A stretch of DNA of 64,000 nt from Pseudomonadales bacterium (GTDB taxonomy: Bacteria > Pseudomonadota > Gammaproteobacteria > Pseudomonadales > Ketobacteraceae). The notes under the pieces were generated by a model. It was not told where the DNA came from and did no database searches. It saw nothing but the letters and a program-made list of their open reading frames with translations. The stretch is from the NCBI GenBank assembly GCA_022361455.1, contig JAKSAW010000593.1, forward strand, positions 1,260-65,259, in the 5' to 3' direction. Below are positions 61,996 through 64,000 of this stretch, piece after piece. The stretch's first letter is position 1. Every line of letters starts with the position of its first letter. The translations under genes and the position numbers were made by a program.

Positions 61996-64000
61996 CTAAA
62001 ATATATAACTAACTGATAACCTCAACGTCCTGGGTTCAATAACATGGTAGTGAAGATCCTCTACTGCCGCTCCTGAGGGCTCACTGCCTAACCGCGACTC
62101 ATAAAAGTAATCAATATCATGATCATCACTATCAGTCAGATTTAATAGATCAGCACGAATGGCCCATTGCTCCATTTTGTATCCGGCGCGTAAATTCCAA
62201 ATAGTGCTACTGTCAGATTTCACGGAACCATCTTCAATTAATGGTCTTTCTCCAAAGTGTCGAAGACGTAGGCTTCCAAACCAACCACTTTGTAATTCTG
62301 CGCTTATACCTGCTTGTAAAACCCGCTCTATGGCACCAGGGATTTCGTCACCCTCTGGCGCATAGTCAGTGAATTCAGCATCGGTATAGGCGTATTCCAA
62401 ATCAAAATTCCATTCGGGAGTGATTCTATAATACGCTGTAAATTCTAGACCCTGGCGCTCCGATTCGCGGCTAACTTCTGTGTTACCCGCGTCGCCCACA
62501 AAGAGTAACTCACTATCGAGCTTCAATGTCCATAATGACACCGACGTATTAATCTTGTCGGTAATAAAGCCACGCACACCAGCTTCATAGCCAAATGATT
62601 TGACCAATGGATCCACGGTATCAACTTCGTCACCACTTTCAGGGTCCACTCGGATAGTTGTACCTCGGGCATCATTGGAATGCATACCCTGTCCCGCGGA
62701 AACATAACTCTCCCAATGATCATTAATCGCGTATATCAAACTACCTTTGAGCGAGAACAAGTCATCATCTGATTCACCGCTATTCAAGCTAAGATCAACA
62801 CCATTAGTATTGGTACCAGCTTTATCATTGACTTCAAAATCAAAATAGTCATAACGTACGCCAATAACGCTACGTAAATGATCCGTCCAAACAATGCGGT
62901 TTTCCCAATACAAACCAAGACTGCTTTGCTCTACAGCATCACTTCTTACCACACCCAGCCGCTGTCTTTCTTGTGCTTGATAGAGGCTTACTTCGTCAAT
63001 ATCATCTATGCGTAGATCTGCACCAAACTTATTTTGCACGTCGTAATTACCCCAGCGGTCACTATGGCGGTAACTAACTTGACCACCGTAAATTGATCGA
63101 TCGTCCACTTGCTCAATTTGGTCGCCGTTGGTTTCGTTACCGAGAAAATAGGTGAAGTTAGACCATAGATTAAGATCATAGTCGATATAATAAGCTGATA
63201 CCTGCCAAGCAGCATTGCTCCAAGCAGCGCTCAAACTATATCGACTGGACTCACCGCCAACGCTGTCATCTAGTGAACCTAGCTCGTCAATGATTCCTTG
63301 CTCAATCGCTCTCGAGGGAATTTGATCAGCGCTATTCCACTCGTTGTCGTAGGCCATAACTGTTAGTGACATATTTCCGCTAGCAACTGGAAACGTGTGT
63401 TTTATTACAGTATTAGTCTTATTAAGGTCTTCCTCAATATCTGTCCAAGGGCCATCGTAACGATTATGCTCAAGTGCGACTAAAGTCTCACCGTTTGCTG
63501 TATTAAAACTGTTAGCGAATAACACACGTTTATAATTATCTTCTCCTGCAGTTGCTTTGATCTGACCTTGTTTCAATCGATTAGCGGTGTAAATATGAGC
63601 ACTACCAGCACCGCTGAAATCGCCAACCTCAGCATAGTAAGCCCCTTTCTTATAAGTCAGCTTGTCGATAAGCTCAGGAATTACAAAGTTAAGATCAGTA
63701 TATCCATGGCCGTGACCGTGAGTGCGCATATTGATAGGCATGCCATCAATAAAAGTCGCGAAATCTGTACCATGATCAAGATTAAAGCCCCGCAAGAAAT
63801 ACTGATTAGCCTTACCCGTACCACTATGCTGAGTTGCTACCATACCTGGAACCAACTCCAAAACTTCACCAGTTCTTAATATGGGGCGAAGTCGAATTTC
63901 CTGCTGACCAACAACGCCTTCAGACGCTGATACAGCCTCACCAATAAGGCTTTGCTGACGCCCCTCTACTACGATATCGTCAAGATGCGCATGCTCTGCG
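61996..64000 (-). CDS. TonB-dependent receptor (5' end beyond the right edge)
   Basis: The track ORF starts at an internal TTG at 63861. The frame stays open to 64000. My translation reads AEHAHLDDIVVEGRQQSLIGEAVSASEGVVGQQEIRLRPILRTGEVLELVPGMVATQHSGTGKANQYFLRGFNLDHGTD, which is a plug domain. The C-terminal beta-signal is LRLSVSYIF. Confidence 0.85.
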   Translation of the reverse strand, partial: AEHAHLDDIVVEGRQQSLIGEAVSASEGVVGQQEIRLRPILRTGEVLELVPGMVATQHSGTGKANQYFLRGFNLDHGTDFATFIDGMPINMRTHGHGHGYTDLNFVIPELIDKLTYKKGAYYAEVGDFSGAGSAHIYTANRLKQGQIKATAGEDNYKRVLFANSFNTANGETLVALEHNRYDGPWTDIEEDLNKTNTVIKHTFPVASGNMSLTVMAYDNEWNSADQIPSRAIEQGIIDELGSLDDSVGGESSRYSLSAAWSNAAWQVSAYYIDYDLNLWSNFTYFLGNETNGDQIEQVDDRSIYGGQVSYRHSDRWGNYDVQNKFGADLRIDDIDEVSLYQAQERQRLGVVRSDAVEQSSLGLYWENRIVWTDHLRSVIGVRYDYFDFEVNDKAGTNTNGVDLSLNSGESDDDLFSLKGSLIYAINDHWESYVSAGQGMHSNDARGTTIRVDPESGDEVDTVDPLVKSFGYEAGVRGFITDKINTSVSLWTLKLDSELLFVGDAGNTEVSRESERQGLEFTAYYRITPEWNFDLEYAYTDAEFTDYAPEGDEIPGAIERVLQAGISAELQSGWFGSLRLRHFGERPLIEDGSVKSDSSTIWNLRAGYKMEQWAIRADLLNLTDSDDHDIDYFYESRLGSEPSGAAVEDLHYHVIEPRTLRLSVSYIF

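Noticed and set aside
1-64000. Search for CRISPR arrays, IS elements, integrases, phage genes, toxin-antitoxin pairs or known defence-system components
   Set aside because: I saw no regularly spaced direct repeats and no transposase, integrase, recombinase, nuclease, helicase or ATPase genes typical of such elements. The only repeats are intragenic domain or low-complexity repeats and isolated hairpins.

Overview
This is a 64-kb chromosomal window that looks like a marine gammaproteobacterium (AT-rich by eye; the taxon is inference only). I support about 50 protein genes. I found no rRNA, tRNA, CRISPR array, transposase, integrase or prophage gene.

Layout, left to right:
1. 1-2.3 kb: a LysR regulator divergent from an FMN-reductase/cytochrome b561 pair, then a cspA-family gene.
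2. 2.4-10.3 kb: a cell-surface block. It holds an orphan 765-aa lipoprotein, a PrpE-like acyl-CoA synthetase, a stranded M48-peptidase remnant, and a 995-aa DUF11-repeat surface protein that ends in a 55-residue Lys/Gly/Asp tail.
3. 10.5-21.9 kb: an accessory-looking block. It holds two GT4 glycosyltransferases, two paralogous TPR-like secreted proteins, an AsnB-type amidotransferase, an overlapping Rieske oxygenase / stand-alone E2-type acyltransferase pair, two orphans (one a degenerate FHA fold) and a class-3 lipase lipoprotein.
4. 21.9-31.6 kb: a multikinase phosphorelay locus built around a 1712-aa 7TMR-DISM sensor that carries two complete kinase cores.
5. 31.6-40.8 kb: an envelope island bracketed by two paralogous AraC regulators. 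It holds three lipoproteins (including an S8 protease) and a fused MFS/spermidine-synthase protein.
6. 40.8-44.5 kb: two divergent, paralogous two-gene modules, each a half-size periplasmic-binding-fold protein plus an unclassified outer-membrane beta-barrel.
7. 44.5-60.4 kb: a Liu/Atu-like biotin-carboxylase-dependent branched acyl-CoA catabolic regulon.
8. 60.5-64 kb: a DUF445 membrane protein and a truncated TonB-dependent receptor.

The best candidates for undescribed biology are the duplicated binding-protein/barrel modules, the dual-kinase sensor network, the Rieske/E2/AsnB/GT4 block and the polycationic C-terminal tail. All functional calls rest on motif recognition by eye. No database search was run.
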